In this document: positions 36,142-46,115 of the stretch, piece after piece
Position numbering within the stretch: the stretch's first letter is position 1
Layout of the letters: each line of letters starts with the position of its first letter
NCBI GenBank assembly: GCA_964357615.1
Contig: CAYHMC010000008.1
Coordinates: 1-61,371 of the forward strand
DNA from: an uncultured Candidatus Saccharibacteria bacterium
GTDB taxonomy: Bacteria; Patescibacteriota; Minisyncoccia; UBA6257; JACOXY01
Length of the DNA stretch: 61,371 nucleotides
Reading direction: 5' to 3'
Position numbers and translations under genes: made by a program
The notes under the pieces: generated by a model
Told to the model about the DNA's origin: nothing
Databases searched by the model: none
What the model saw: the letters and a program-made list of their open reading frames with translations, nothing else

Positions 36142-36498
36142 ATGATTCCAGGCTCTAAGGCAGACAAAAAAAAGTACAGTATCGAAACTCGATTCGATAC
36201 TAGGCGTAGACGCCGAGTCAACATGAGCGGTCCCTATATTGGAGACCAAGCAAAACTTCTGGGTAGTCATGGTGGAAGATCCTTAGTTTTCGATTTTGCT
36301 GATTATGAAAAAAATCGTAAACTCAGGAAAATTGCCGAAGCAGAACTCAAAGAAGAAATGGTGCATCTTGATTTAAGCGATGACCTAAGCATATATCACG
36401 AAGAAGAAAGTCGCGAAGAAGAGGAAAATAATCTAACCGAAAATGATTTTACTTATGGTGATTTAGATTACGATCCCGTTGATTATCTTGATTTTTAA
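36142..36498 (+). CDS. hypothetical acidic protein
   Basis: 118-aa ORF with a basic N-terminus and acidic C-terminus. A terminator follows. Confidence 0.45.
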   Translation: MIPGSKADKKKYSIETRFDTRRRRRVNMSGPYIGDQAKLLGSHGGRSLVFDFADYEKNRKLRKIAEAELKEEMVHLDLSDDLSIYHEEESREEEENNLTENDFTYGDLDYDPVDYLDF

Positions 36499-36527
36499 AT
36501 AACTAAATTTAACGAAGTCATTATTTA

Positions 36528-36560
36528 AAGCTTGGATTACTACAATTCCAAGCTTTTTTA
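36528..36560 (+). terminator. intrinsic terminator
   Basis: AAGCTTGGA/TCCAAGCTT stem followed by TTTTTAATTT. Confidence 0.65.
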
Positions 36561-36656
36561 ATTTCTAATTTTAATTGCAAATGCAATTCGCTCGTGATAT
36601 AAATACTCTAGAATACCGTTTTTGATGTGCTAGGCATAGAAAAAAGGAATCTAAAA

Positions 36657-36914
36657 ATGAGTAAACTATCTAGATTTAAGATAGCGAACATAATCGTTGC
36701 TTGGTATGCGATGATAACTTACCAAACTGGTGGATCATTATCCAAGATACAAGCAACAACAAGGGCTGGACCGTTCCCCTCAGTTGCAGTTTGTGAGCAA
36801 TTTATTACATGGGCAAAAGTAAACATAAGCACTGAATTAAAAAATTTCCCCTGTCAATTTGTTGAGGAAAGAAGCAACGAAAGAAAAGATTATGAAAACC
36901 CAGAAATACCATAA
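36657..36914 (+). CDS. hypothetical protein with an N-terminal TM segment
   Basis: AAAGGAA precedes the ATG at 36657. The ORF-track GTG at 36627 is less likely. Confidence 0.45.
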   Translation: MSKLSRFKIANIIVAWYAMITYQTGGSLSKIQATTRAGPFPSVAVCEQFITWAKVNISTELKNFPCQFVEERSNERKDYENPEIP

Positions 36915-36928
36915 GGAAAATTGGACAC

Positions 36929-36960
36929 AAAAGACTAAACATGATTAGTCTTTTATTTTT
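36929..36960 (+). terminator. intrinsic terminator
   Basis: AAGACTAA acatga TTAGTCTT followed by TTATTTTT. Confidence 0.65.
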
Positions 36961-36993
36961 ATCCAGTTCAGAATTACTAATGGCTTAGATCTA

Positions 36994-37091
36994 ATATCCC
37001 TCGTGCATTCAGCCTGCTGGCTTCAGCATTTCATAGCTCCCGCCGAGTCATCGTCTCACAAAAATGAGACTCCCTTGGAATTGCTTTAACC
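36994..37091. repeat. 98-nt conserved repeat R100, copy 1
   Basis: Aligns without gaps to 51591-51688, mostly identical with roughly 15 mismatches. Contains the hairpin GTCTCA caaaaa TGAGAC. Confidence 0.8.
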
Positions 37092-37101
37092 TCTTTTTAT
37101 A

Positions 37102-37138
37102 GCTTTGTAATTTTAAGTCTACCTCAAAATTACAAAGC
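37102..37138. repeat. perfect 13-bp-stem hairpin following R100 copy 1
   Basis: GCTTTGTAATTTT aagtctacctc AAAATTACAAAGC. Confidence 0.8.
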
Positions 37139-37158
37139 ATATTGGGCTAAAATAAAAA

Positions 37159-37175
37159 GCGGCAATTTTTGCCGC
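37159..37175 (-). terminator. intrinsic terminator of ORF 37195-37614
   Basis: GCGGCAA/TTGCCGC stem followed on the minus strand by TTTTTATTTTA. Confidence 0.6.
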
Positions 37176-37194
37176 TAAATCACTTGAGCTATAT

Positions 37195-37614
37195 TTAATC
37201 TATTTGAACAAAATAGTGGTTGTTGTGTTGAACAAATAAAGTTTCAGGTATGTTCATTAAACTTAAAAACATTCGCGTCTTTTTCAAATTAGGAAAGTAT
37301 AATGTTGATACATAAGGAATCCACAGTAATCTATTCTGGCATCTCCATCTGGTTCCCACAAATAATATATTGCCCTTTGGAGGATTTATAATTTTATTCT
37401 GATCGCAAACTAACTGCCTAGCTTGGCGCTCGTTAGAGGCAAAATTTTTTTTATTTACCTCAGATACCAATTCAGCGAGGGTAATTGAACTTGCTCCGGT
37501 ATTGCGGCATGGGATCAGCATAATAGTTCCAGTGCCAATATTTCGCTTGTCTTCTGTGCTACAAACAAGCTCCATCTCTTTAACAGCTCTGTCGTAGACA
37601 TAAGTGTCAAGCAC
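37195..37614 (-). CDS. hypothetical protein
   Basis: 139 aa with a GTG start 7 nt after AAAGGAGATC. No recognised motif. Confidence 0.5.
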   Translation of the reverse strand: MLDTYVYDRAVKEMELVCSTEDKRNIGTGTIMLIPCRNTGASSITLAELVSEVNKKNFASNERQARQLVCDQNKIINPPKGNILFVGTRWRCQNRLLWIPYVSTLYFPNLKKTRMFLSLMNIPETLFVQHNNHYFVQID

Positions 37615-37687
37615 TTAAATTGATCTCCTTTGATTCAACTAGACTAAGCAATAACACAAGAAATGCTAACTTTCAAGTAGGAAAATA

Positions 37688-38950
37688 TTAACTTATTTTA
37701 CCCCTCAACTTCCTGTGATAGGAAATCGCAAATCTGTGCGCTTCATCCCTAACTCTAATAAGAGTATTTTTATCTATATCATTTGGAACAATTCCTATAA
37801 AATCATTTTTCTTTCTATCTGGGCCTTTTGCAATTCCCAAAACTGGAATCTCAATCGAAAACTCAGCTAGAACTTCTTTTGCTGCATTTACTTGTGGCTT
37901 ACCACCATCAACTAAAAAAATATTGGGATACGACCATTCAAAATGTTTAAGTCGTCTTCTTAATACTTCTTTTAACATGCCGACATCATTTGCTCCTGTT
38001 ATTGTTTTAATTTTAAATTTTTTATATTCGCTTCTTGTTGGTTTATTGTTCATAAAAACAACCATACTGCCAACGGCCGATGTTCCACTTATGTTTGAAA
38101 TGTCATATCCTTCAATTCTAATTGGTGAAGACGAAATGTTTAGTGCGTTATTTTCGTCGGCATCTTTAATAAGGGCAATGTCGTTTATGTGTCGGAGTGC
38201 AAAAACTTGTCTTTTCTTTTTTTCAGCTAATTCAAATTCTTGAAGAATAGCTGCATCTTTCATTTCAGATTCTAAAACTTCAATTAAATATTGTTTTTCC
38301 CCTTCAAAAATAAGTTTTATATTGCGAATAGCTTTTGTATATTCTTCTTTAGAAACTGAACCTGCGCAGACACCAGGACAAAGTCCAATTTGCCAATCAA
38401 AACAAGGTCTCGTGCTTGTACTTAAATACTTATCAATTTCATCTTTTGTATGTGTATTATATGGAAATATTTTTCTAATAAGACGCACTGCAATCTTTAA
38501 GCTACCAGCTTCTACAAAGGGACCATATCTTGCAAAGCCACGACCAAATCCAGCTCTTATTTTCTTTTCCAGATTAATATCCTTGCCACGAACAAGATTA
38601 ATACGCGGAAACTCATCGTCAGTAATTTCTACAAACCAAAAACTTTTGTCGTCTTTTTCTCTTACATTAAATTGAGGTTTATATTTTTTAATAAGCTGTG
38701 ATTCTAAAATTAGCGCCTCAAGTGAAGTGTCTGTTAATTTAAAATCAATTTTTTTAATTTCACTCACCATTTTTTGAAGTCTACTTTCAAGTGGTCGCAG
38801 AAAATAACTAGAAACTCTTCGCTTTAAATTTCCAGCCTTTCCAATATATAAAATATTCCCCTTTTTGCCCCTCATTAAATAAACACCTGGTGCTTCTGGT
38901 AGGTCCTGATATAGCTTTTTTGAATCTGACATAGTAACAATATAGTTCAA
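37688..38950 (-). CDS. uvrC: excinuclease ABC subunit C (short form, no C-terminal HhH pair seen)
   Basis: N-terminal GIY-YIG GVYLMRGKKGNILYIGKAGNLKRRV. C-terminal endonuclease region with DEAHRFA. Confidence 0.85.
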   Translation of the reverse strand: MNYIVTMSDSKKLYQDLPEAPGVYLMRGKKGNILYIGKAGNLKRRVSSYFLRPLESRLQKMVSEIKKIDFKLTDTSLEALILESQLIKKYKPQFNVREKDDKSFWFVEITDDEFPRINLVRGKDINLEKKIRAGFGRGFARYGPFVEAGSLKIAVRLIRKIFPYNTHTKDEIDKYLSTSTRPCFDWQIGLCPGVCAGSVSKEEYTKAIRNIKLIFEGEKQYLIEVLESEMKDAAILQEFELAEKKKRQVFALRHINDIALIKDADENNALNISSSPIRIEGYDISNISGTSAVGSMVVFMNNKPTRSEYKKFKIKTITGANDVGMLKEVLRRRLKHFEWSYPNIFLVDGGKPQVNAAKEVLAEFSIEIPVLGIAKGPDRKKNDFIGIVPNDIDKNTLIRVRDEAHRFAISYHRKLRGKIS

Positions 38951-39047
38951 ATGAGGTTATTCATCAACGCCAAAACAGAAACTTGTATGCTTTCAATTTA
39001 AGAGCTAACATATTCATAGTAAAATAGTATAAAGAGTTGATTCCAAA

Positions 39048-39350
39048 ATGAGTGAAAAGGCTGGTATAACAATTAGATTGGAGGGTGAAATTTTCGAGCT
39101 ATTTATTGAGATTCGTAAAATATTAAAAGATGTTTTGGGTTTAACCGAAGAACCGTCTTCGGAACTTACAATGGCGATGATTTTTCAGTATGCAAAAGCT
39201 CCGTTTCGTAATATAGAAGAAGGATTTAGCGAAATAAGATTTGTTAATGAAAAAGAAAACAAGGAGAAGGTTGGGAAATTAACTGAAATGATTCGTCGAG
39301 ATTGGGGTTACTTTCAACTACAGAGAAGTGAATCTGGAACAATGCATTAA
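39048..39350 (+). CDS. hypothetical protein
   Basis: 100-aa ORF. It shares the hairpin AAGCCCC tattgt GGGGGCTT with the convergent gene. Confidence 0.45.
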   Translation: MSEKAGITIRLEGEIFELFIEIRKILKDVLGLTEEPSSELTMAMIFQYAKAPFRNIEEGFSEIRFVNEKENKEKVGKLTEMIRRDWGYFQLQRSESGTMH

Positions 39351-39359
39351 TTAAAGCCC

Positions 39360-39722
39360 CTATTGTGGGGGCTTATTATTTTGCTTTCTAATCATTGGCT
39401 CTTCTTTTCCTTCAAGATTTTTTAAATAATCTGAACCGATTTTCAGGAGACGCAATTTATATTTGTCATCTGTTAATGCTCGAATGTATGACCAATGAAA
39501 TTCCACTCTGTCTTTATACATATCGCCTAATCTTTGCATTGAGAATCTGTGTCCGCTTTCGCTAATAAGAATATTACTCCATATAGTTGGAGCATACTCT
39601 GTGCTATCAGGAAAAAGATCCTTCTTGTCTATTATCACAATAGAACCGTCTGCAAAAGTTACTTCTATTCCAGAATTCCACTCTCGAATATATACCATTT
39701 TGCAATAATCACCTTCATACAT
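39360..39722 (-). CDS. hypothetical protein
   Basis: 120-aa ORF. Confidence 0.45.
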   Translation of the reverse strand: MYEGDYCKMVYIREWNSGIEVTFADGSIVIIDKKDLFPDSTEYAPTIWSNILISESGHRFSMQRLGDMYKDRVEFHWSYIRALTDDKYKLRLLKIGSDYLKNLEGKEEPMIRKQNNKPPQ

Positions 39723-39762
39723 ACGAAGTCACGCCTTTCAGTAGAACTTGTGCAAATATATA

Positions 39763-42297
39763 TTACTTTAAAAGCTTGCGCAAGTATTCACCGGTTGCAC
39801 TTCCTGCCTTTCTACTCACCTCTTCTGGCGTACCTTCGGCAATTATTTTACCTCCTTTTGTTCCGCCCTCTGGACCTAAGTCAATAAGCCAATCAGCGCA
39901 TTTTATAACATCTAAATTATGCTCAATTACAATTATTGAATTTCCTTTATCAACAAGTTTTTGCAAAACATCCAATAAATTTTGAATATCGGCAAAATGC
40001 AATCCTGTTGTTGGTTCATCTAGTAAATAAAGCGTGCGCCTAGTATCTGGCTTGCCAAGCTCTGAAGATAATTTGATTCTTTGTGCCTCTCCACCAGAGA
40101 GTGTTGTAGCCGATTGACCAAGTTGTAAATATCCCAAACCAACATCTTCCATAATTCGCAAACGATCATACAACCATGGAATATCCTTAAAAAACTGGAC
40201 GGCTTCTTCAACTGTTAAACGAAGAACATCGTGAATATTTTTACCCTTATAATCCACTTCTAATGTTTCACGATCAAATCTTTTCCCTTTACAAACATCG
40301 CACTCCACATAAACTGTAGGCAAAAAATGCATTTCAATTGCTATTGTTCCGTGGCCTTCACAATTTTCACACCGTCCCCCTGGAACATTAAAACTAAATC
40401 TTCCTGGTTTATATCCCCTTACACGAGCATCTTCTGTTGAAGCAAAAAGCTCTCTAATATATGTCCAGGCGCCAACATAAGTGGCTGGGTTAGACCTTGG
40501 AGTTCTACCGATTGCTGATTGATCTATATTAATAATCCTATTTATATATTCCAAACCAACAATACTTTTTAACCCATCTACTTTAAATGTGGCACGATTT
40601 AATTTATTGGCAATATATTTATACAGGACATCATAAACTAACGAACTCTTTCCAGAGCCAGAAACTCCGGTTACAGCAACAAATCTTCTAAGCGGGATAT
40701 CTAAATTAATATTCTGAAGATTATTTACAGATGCTCCTCTTACTTTAAGAAAATCATGCTGTTTATTAACCGCACGTCTCTTTTCTGGAATTACAATAGA
40801 AACTTTACCACGCAAATAATCTAATGTCAGTGACTTATATTTTTCTTTATCTTTTAGTATTTGGGGCATTGGACCCTCTGCTACAATTTTTCCACCATGC
40901 ACTCCTGCGCCAGGACCAATATCAACCAAATAATCCGCTATACGAATTGTGTCTTCATCATGCTCAACAACAATTATTGTATTTCCAATATCTCGAAGAT
41001 TTTTAAGCGTTTCAATAAGTTTTGCATTATCTTTTTGATGAAGACCGATTGTTGGCTCGTCTAAAATATATAAAGTTCCCACAAGGTGTGAACCGATTTG
41101 CGAAGCAAGTCTAATTCGTTGTGCTTCTCCACCTGATAGCGTTCCAGCAGTGCGATTTAATGTTAGATATTCAAGCCCCACATCAAACATAAACTGTAAT
41201 CGATTTTTGATTTCTCGAAGTGGTACTTCAGCAATGCTTAATTTAGTAGCATCATATATTTTTTGTATATGTGATACCCATTTATTTGATTCGTCAATTG
41301 ACATAGCTACAACTCCAGCAATATTCTTTCCATCAATTAAAACACTTAAGGCTTCTCGTCTTAAACGTTTTCCATCACATACTGGACATATTTTTTCTGA
41401 AAAAAGCGACTCAATTCCTAAGCCATTACAAGCCTCACACGCTCCGTAAGGACTATTAAACGAGAATAATCTTGGTTCAATCTCTAAAAATGCAAAACCA
41501 TCTCGAGCACAAGTAAATTTAGCAGAGAATGAATGCTCATCATTGCCATCGGCAATAACTGTAACAACATCATTGCCATACTTAAGAGCCGATTCAATTG
41601 CTTCTGCTAGTCGCAATCTATTGTCTTTGCCTTCTTTGAGACTAAAATCTAAAGTTTGCGGTATACGATCCACTAAAAGTTCAATTGTGTGGGCCTTGTA
41701 TCTAGATAACTCAATTCTATTTCTTAAAGATTTAAATTCTCCATCAATTCTAATTTCTGAAAAACCGGCATTTAAAAAATTATAGAGCATTTGATAGTAT
41801 TCCCCTTTTCTACCTCTAACAACTGGCGCGAGTATAAGAATATTTTTATCTGTTTTTGCTTTTTTAAAAAGTTTAATAATAGCATCTACGATTTCTTCTT
41901 TGGTAAGTTTTCTAATTTCATGACCACAATCTGGACAATGAGGAACGCCGGAACGCGCAAAAAGAACACGGAGGTAGTCATAAATTTCTGTAATAGTCGC
42001 TACGGTTGAACGAGGATTATGCGAATGGCTTTTTTGATCTATTGATATTGCTGGCGAGAGACCTTCAATTTCATCAACATCTGGCTTATCTAGCTTTCCT
42101 AAAAACTGTCTAGCATAAGCTGAAAGTGATTCAATATATCGTCTTTGGCCTTCTGCAAAAATCGTATCAAATGCAAGCGACGATTTTCCAGACCCAGATA
42201 GACCAGTGAATACAATCAATTTATTGCGTGGAAGCCTTAAAGATATATTTTTTAAATTATGTTCCCGTGCTCCTTTAATTACTATTTCGTCTTGCAT
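39763..42297 (-). CDS. uvrA: excinuclease ABC subunit A
   Basis: Two ABC modules (GLSGSGKSSLAFDT and GVSGSGKSSLVYDV), two LSGGEAQR signatures and zinc CxxC modules. 844 aa. Confidence 0.95.
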   Translation of the reverse strand: MQDEIVIKGAREHNLKNISLRLPRNKLIVFTGLSGSGKSSLAFDTIFAEGQRRYIESLSAYARQFLGKLDKPDVDEIEGLSPAISIDQKSHSHNPRSTVATITEIYDYLRVLFARSGVPHCPDCGHEIRKLTKEEIVDAIIKLFKKAKTDKNILILAPVVRGRKGEYYQMLYNFLNAGFSEIRIDGEFKSLRNRIELSRYKAHTIELLVDRIPQTLDFSLKEGKDNRLRLAEAIESALKYGNDVVTVIADGNDEHSFSAKFTCARDGFAFLEIEPRLFSFNSPYGACEACNGLGIESLFSEKICPVCDGKRLRREALSVLIDGKNIAGVVAMSIDESNKWVSHIQKIYDATKLSIAEVPLREIKNRLQFMFDVGLEYLTLNRTAGTLSGGEAQRIRLASQIGSHLVGTLYILDEPTIGLHQKDNAKLIETLKNLRDIGNTIIVVEHDEDTIRIADYLVDIGPGAGVHGGKIVAEGPMPQILKDKEKYKSLTLDYLRGKVSIVIPEKRRAVNKQHDFLKVRGASVNNLQNINLDIPLRRFVAVTGVSGSGKSSLVYDVLYKYIANKLNRATFKVDGLKSIVGLEYINRIINIDQSAIGRTPRSNPATYVGAWTYIRELFASTEDARVRGYKPGRFSFNVPGGRCENCEGHGTIAIEMHFLPTVYVECDVCKGKRFDRETLEVDYKGKNIHDVLRLTVEEAVQFFKDIPWLYDRLRIMEDVGLGYLQLGQSATTLSGGEAQRIKLSSELGKPDTRRTLYLLDEPTTGLHFADIQNLLDVLQKLVDKGNSIIVIEHNLDVIKCADWLIDLGPEGGTKGGKIIAEGTPEEVSRKAGSATGEYLRKLLK

Positions 42298-42298
42298 G

Positions 42299-43051
42299 TT
42301 ATTTGATACCTGTGGTTACTTTTATTTTTGTTATCGACTTTACTATGCCGTCATTTGCAGAATTTTTACAATATAATTCGAATTTACTTAAAACTTCTTT
42401 TCTTTTATTGTCTGGTACAAGATTCCACAAACTTATAGTTTGAACATATTGAATGGCGTGATCAATTGTAAAATTCTCATTAGCATCAAATTCGTTGTAC
42501 TCAACTTTACTGAATTGATTTCTTTCTAGTGTATCTTGTGCATTATATCTTATTTTTATATCTGGCAGCGTATCGACAACATTTTTTATAATATTTCTAA
42601 ATTCAGTTTTTATTCCACCCAATTCTCTTTTATTCACAATGAAATATATACCATCCGGCTTTAAAACCCTTTTAATTTCTCTGGCTGAACTGTCGTCAGC
42701 AAACCAGTGAAAAGCTCCAAATGATGTTGCGCCATCAAAGCTTTCATCGCCAAATGGCAATTTATCTGCATCGGCAACCAAATACTCTATGTCTCCTGAA
42801 ATTTTCTTGGCCTCTTCTATCATCGCTACATCTTTATCAGCGCCAAGAATTTTTGCTCCGCTCCTTATAAGCTGCCTGGTTGAGATACCAGTTCCACAGC
42901 CAATATCTAAAATTCTTGGATTTTTAATCTGAATTTTTGACCAAAAATATTCAACTACTTCTTTCGGATATCCAGTTCGATACTTAGCATACTGCTTACT
43001 TAAATTTCCGAAATAACCATAACCTTGTTTTTCTATTATTTTATTTTTCAT
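42299..43051 (-). CDS. class I SAM-dependent methyltransferase
   Basis: Motif I ILDIGCGTGIST. Lies between uvrB and uvrA. Confidence 0.7.
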   Translation of the reverse strand: MKNKIIEKQGYGYFGNLSKQYAKYRTGYPKEVVEYFWSKIQIKNPRILDIGCGTGISTRQLIRSGAKILGADKDVAMIEEAKKISGDIEYLVADADKLPFGDESFDGATSFGAFHWFADDSSAREIKRVLKPDGIYFIVNKRELGGIKTEFRNIIKNVVDTLPDIKIRYNAQDTLERNQFSKVEYNEFDANENFTIDHAIQYVQTISLWNLVPDNKRKEVLSKFELYCKNSANDGIVKSITKIKVTTGIK

Positions 43052-45053
43052 TTTTACCTTTTACTTTTTGTGACTTAATTAATTCTCTTATTTCGTCTCT
43101 AAGTATTGCAGCTAATTCAAAATCTAATTCGGCAGATGCTTCTTTCATGGCTTTCTCTTTTTCCTTTAAAATATCTTCAATTTTTTTACCTTTTTCTGCT
43201 CCAAGATCAAGTTTTAGTACAGCTGTAATGTCCTTTCTTTTAGACATCATCTCTTCGGTGATGTCGTGAATCGCTTTTTCAATTGTTTTTGGAGTTATTC
43301 CATGTTTTTTGTTAAATGCAAGCTGAATTGCACGACGCCTTTCGGTTTCTCCAATTGCACGATTTAGAGAACCAGTCATATGATCAGCATAAAGCAACAC
43401 TAGCCCGTTTACATTTCTTGCGGCACGCCCAATGGTTTGAATAAGTGATGTTTCGCTACGCAAAAAACCTTCCTTATCAGCATCCATAATGGCCACCAAA
43501 GAAACCTCTGGCAAATCCAATCCTTCGCGAAGTAAATTAACACCAACCAAAACATCAAATTTACCACGACGCAAATTGGATAATATTTGAATTCTATCCA
43601 TAGTTTTTACATCACTATGAAGATATTCTGATTTTATCTTTTCCTGCTGTAAATACGCGCTTAAATCTTCTGCCATTTTTTTAGTTAGAGTTGTTACCAA
43701 AACTCTTTCCTTTTTTCTGCCAGCCGGCGGATTAACGCGCTCTGCAATCCAACCCATCAAATTCTTAACCTGATTTTTAGCTGGCAATACTTTTATTATT
43801 GGATCTACTAATCCCGTGGGACGAATAATTTGCTCAACTATTTTATCGCTAATTTTTTTCTCATAATCTGATGGAGTAGCAGATGTATATATCACTTGTC
43901 CTACACGTTCACTGAATTCCTCAAATTTTAGAGGACGATTATCCGCTGCGCTAGGCAACCTAAATCCATATTCAATCAAAGTTTTCTTACGCGAAGCATC
44001 TCCTGCATACATGCCAGAAACCTGTGGCACAGTAACATGAGATTCATCTATAATTGTTAAGAAATCACCTCTAAAATAATCTAACAATGTTTCTGGTGGA
44101 TCTCCTGCATTTCTTCCAGATAAGTGTCTTGAATAATTTTCAATTCCATGACAATAACCAACTTCTTCTATCATTGCTAAATCAAATTTAGTTCTTTGAT
44201 TTAATCTTTCTGCTTCAAGAAATTTTTTGTTTTCCTCAAAATATTTTAGGCGTAAATCAAGCTCTTTTCGAATAGCTTTAATTGCTCTTTCTTTCTCAGG
44301 ACCCAGTGTAATAAAATGTCTAGCTGGCGAAATAACAATATCTGGAATATTTTTAGATTCTCTTGTTACCGGATTTACTTCATATATTTCTTTAATTAAA
44401 TTGCCTTCGGTTACGAAATTATAAATTATTTCTTTGTCCGGTGGCATGACTTCCCAGTTATCTCCCCTTAACCTGAACGAACCTCTTTTTAAATCTGCGT
44501 TTGTTCTAGTAAATTGTAACTGAACTAATTTCCTACTAAATTCTTTGCGACTTACAATATCTCCCGGTTTAAGCCGAATAATATTTTCTGCATAAACTTC
44601 AGGAGCTCCAAGGCCATATATACAAGAAACGGAGGCGACAACAATTACATCTTTTCTGGTTAATAAATCAGTGGTGGCGGCGTGCCTCAACTTATCAATT
44701 TCGTCATTAATCATCGCTTCCTTTTCTATATAAGTATCCGAACTTGGCATATAAGCCTCTGGCTGATAATAATCATAATAAGAAACAAAATAGTTAACTG
44801 AATTATTAGGAAATATTTCGCGAAATTCGTTACAGAGTTGAGCGGCTAATGTTTTATTGTGCGCTATAACAAGAGTTGGTTTTTGAATTTTTTCTATAAC
44901 ATTCGCCATGGTAAAAGTTTTACCAGAGCCTGTTACGCCAAGCAGAGTTTGGTGTTGCATACCCAGATCTAGCCCAGCAACTAACTCCTTAATTGCTTTT
45001 GGTTGATCGCCAGCTGGCTTATGTTTTGATATTATTTTAAACATAAATAGCAA
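43041..45053 (-). CDS. uvrB: excinuclease ABC subunit B
   Basis: GVTGSGKTFTMA, the DESH box IIDESHVT and a C-terminal UVR domain ELDFELAAILRDEI. Confidence 0.95.
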   Translation of the reverse strand: MLFMFKIISKHKPAGDQPKAIKELVAGLDLGMQHQTLLGVTGSGKTFTMANVIEKIQKPTLVIAHNKTLAAQLCNEFREIFPNNSVNYFVSYYDYYQPEAYMPSSDTYIEKEAMINDEIDKLRHAATTDLLTRKDVIVVASVSCIYGLGAPEVYAENIIRLKPGDIVSRKEFSRKLVQLQFTRTNADLKRGSFRLRGDNWEVMPPDKEIIYNFVTEGNLIKEIYEVNPVTRESKNIPDIVISPARHFITLGPEKERAIKAIRKELDLRLKYFEENKKFLEAERLNQRTKFDLAMIEEVGYCHGIENYSRHLSGRNAGDPPETLLDYFRGDFLTIIDESHVTVPQVSGMYAGDASRKKTLIEYGFRLPSAADNRPLKFEEFSERVGQVIYTSATPSDYEKKISDKIVEQIIRPTGLVDPIIKVLPAKNQVKNLMGWIAERVNPPAGRKKERVLVTTLTKKMAEDLSAYLQQEKIKSEYLHSDVKTMDRIQILSNLRRGKFDVLVGVNLLREGLDLPEVSLVAIMDADKEGFLRSETSLIQTIGRAARNVNGLVLLYADHMTGSLNRAIGETERRRAIQLAFNKKHGITPKTIEKAIHDITEEMMSKRKDITAVLKLDLGAEKGKKIEDILKEKEKAMKEASAELDFELAAILRDEIRELIKSQKVKGKNEK

Positions 45054-45170
45054 AAGTGCCCCAATAGGTAAAACCCCTAGGGGATATCATTCAATTTATA
45101 ATTATACACTAGCATATTTTTTAAAATAAAAATAGCGGTAAAACCGCTAAGTTAAATAGTAATTATTAAA

Positions 45171-45572
45171 TTACTTATTATTTAAAAACAATTTCATGCT
45201 TCTTTTTTGCTTCACAAAAAAAAGTGTCTTTTCTCTTATTGTATCTTCTGAAATTGTCTCGTTTACAACAACGCAAACTATTCCAGAACGACCATGCTTT
45301 TCTTCAAATTTAATGCGCCCAGAATGAGAGCTTTTAATTTGTATGTAAATTTCTCCAACATCGGTGTCGCAAATTGCATCAATTTGTCTGCGATCTTGGG
45401 CTCTAGTTGCCTTTCTTACGCCCCTATACCATGATGGAAAATTGGTCCCCTCCTCCATAGCTTTGATAAATCTATCTTCGTGCTTTTTGCCACGAGAGCG
45501 TTTGATTTCACCAAGTAATTTATATAAGTTTCTTATGTAGCCAGATCTGTCTTTTGGTTGATTTCTGGCCAA
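45171..45572 (-). CDS. hypothetical basic protein, possibly with a PD-(D/E)xK-like nuclease fold
   Basis: 133 aa with a TTG start. The DAICDTDVGEIYIQIKSS segment resembles a D...(E/Q)xK motif. Weak evidence. Confidence 0.4.
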   Translation of the reverse strand: MARNQPKDRSGYIRNLYKLLGEIKRSRGKKHEDRFIKAMEEGTNFPSWYRGVRKATRAQDRRQIDAICDTDVGEIYIQIKSSHSGRIKFEEKHGRSGIVCVVVNETISEDTIREKTLFFVKQKRSMKLFLNNK

Positions 45573-45692
45573 CTTACAATCTTTCTTGGTTAGCTAAAAC
45601 CAGCTTTTTTATTTATATCAAGATATATAAACTAAAGCAAATCGAATTCTGGGTTGGCTCTTAAAAATGTGAGGGCTAATTTTTTTACAAAG

Positions 45693-46097
45693 CTACTTGA
45701 TTTTTACATCAAGATTTTGAACTGTAATTACAATTTCCCTTTCTCTTGGTCCTGCCATTTCAACTAAAACTACTCTCTGCCAAGACCCAAGATAAAGCTT
45801 GCTATCTTTTATCGGAATTGTAAGAGATGTTCCAATTAAAGCAGAAAGAATATGGTCTGGAGTATGTTCCGGATTATGAGGGTGTCTATAAGCCAACTTT
45901 GGAACTAATTCTTTGAATGCGTCCATCATATCCAAGTCAGTTCCGGGATCAAGATCGGCCGTGGTTAATGCTGCGGTTGTGTGAAGTGAAAAAACTGATA
46001 CTAAGCCCTCGTTAATACCCTTAACCTCCAAATCAATTAAATTTGTAATATCTATAACTTCTTTATCTTTTTTAGTTGATAACTTAACTATTTTCAT
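45693..46097 (-). CDS. yjbQ: YjbQ/UPF0047 family protein
   Basis: SLHTTAALTTADLDPG...HTPDHILSALIG...LGSWQRV pattern. Confidence 0.8.
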   Translation of the reverse strand: MKIVKLSTKKDKEVIDITNLIDLEVKGINEGLVSVFSLHTTAALTTADLDPGTDLDMMDAFKELVPKLAYRHPHNPEHTPDHILSALIGTSLTIPIKDSKLYLGSWQRVVLVEMAGPREREIVITVQNLDVKIK

Positions 46098-46115
46098 AAT
46101 TTTTTTATTAATAAC

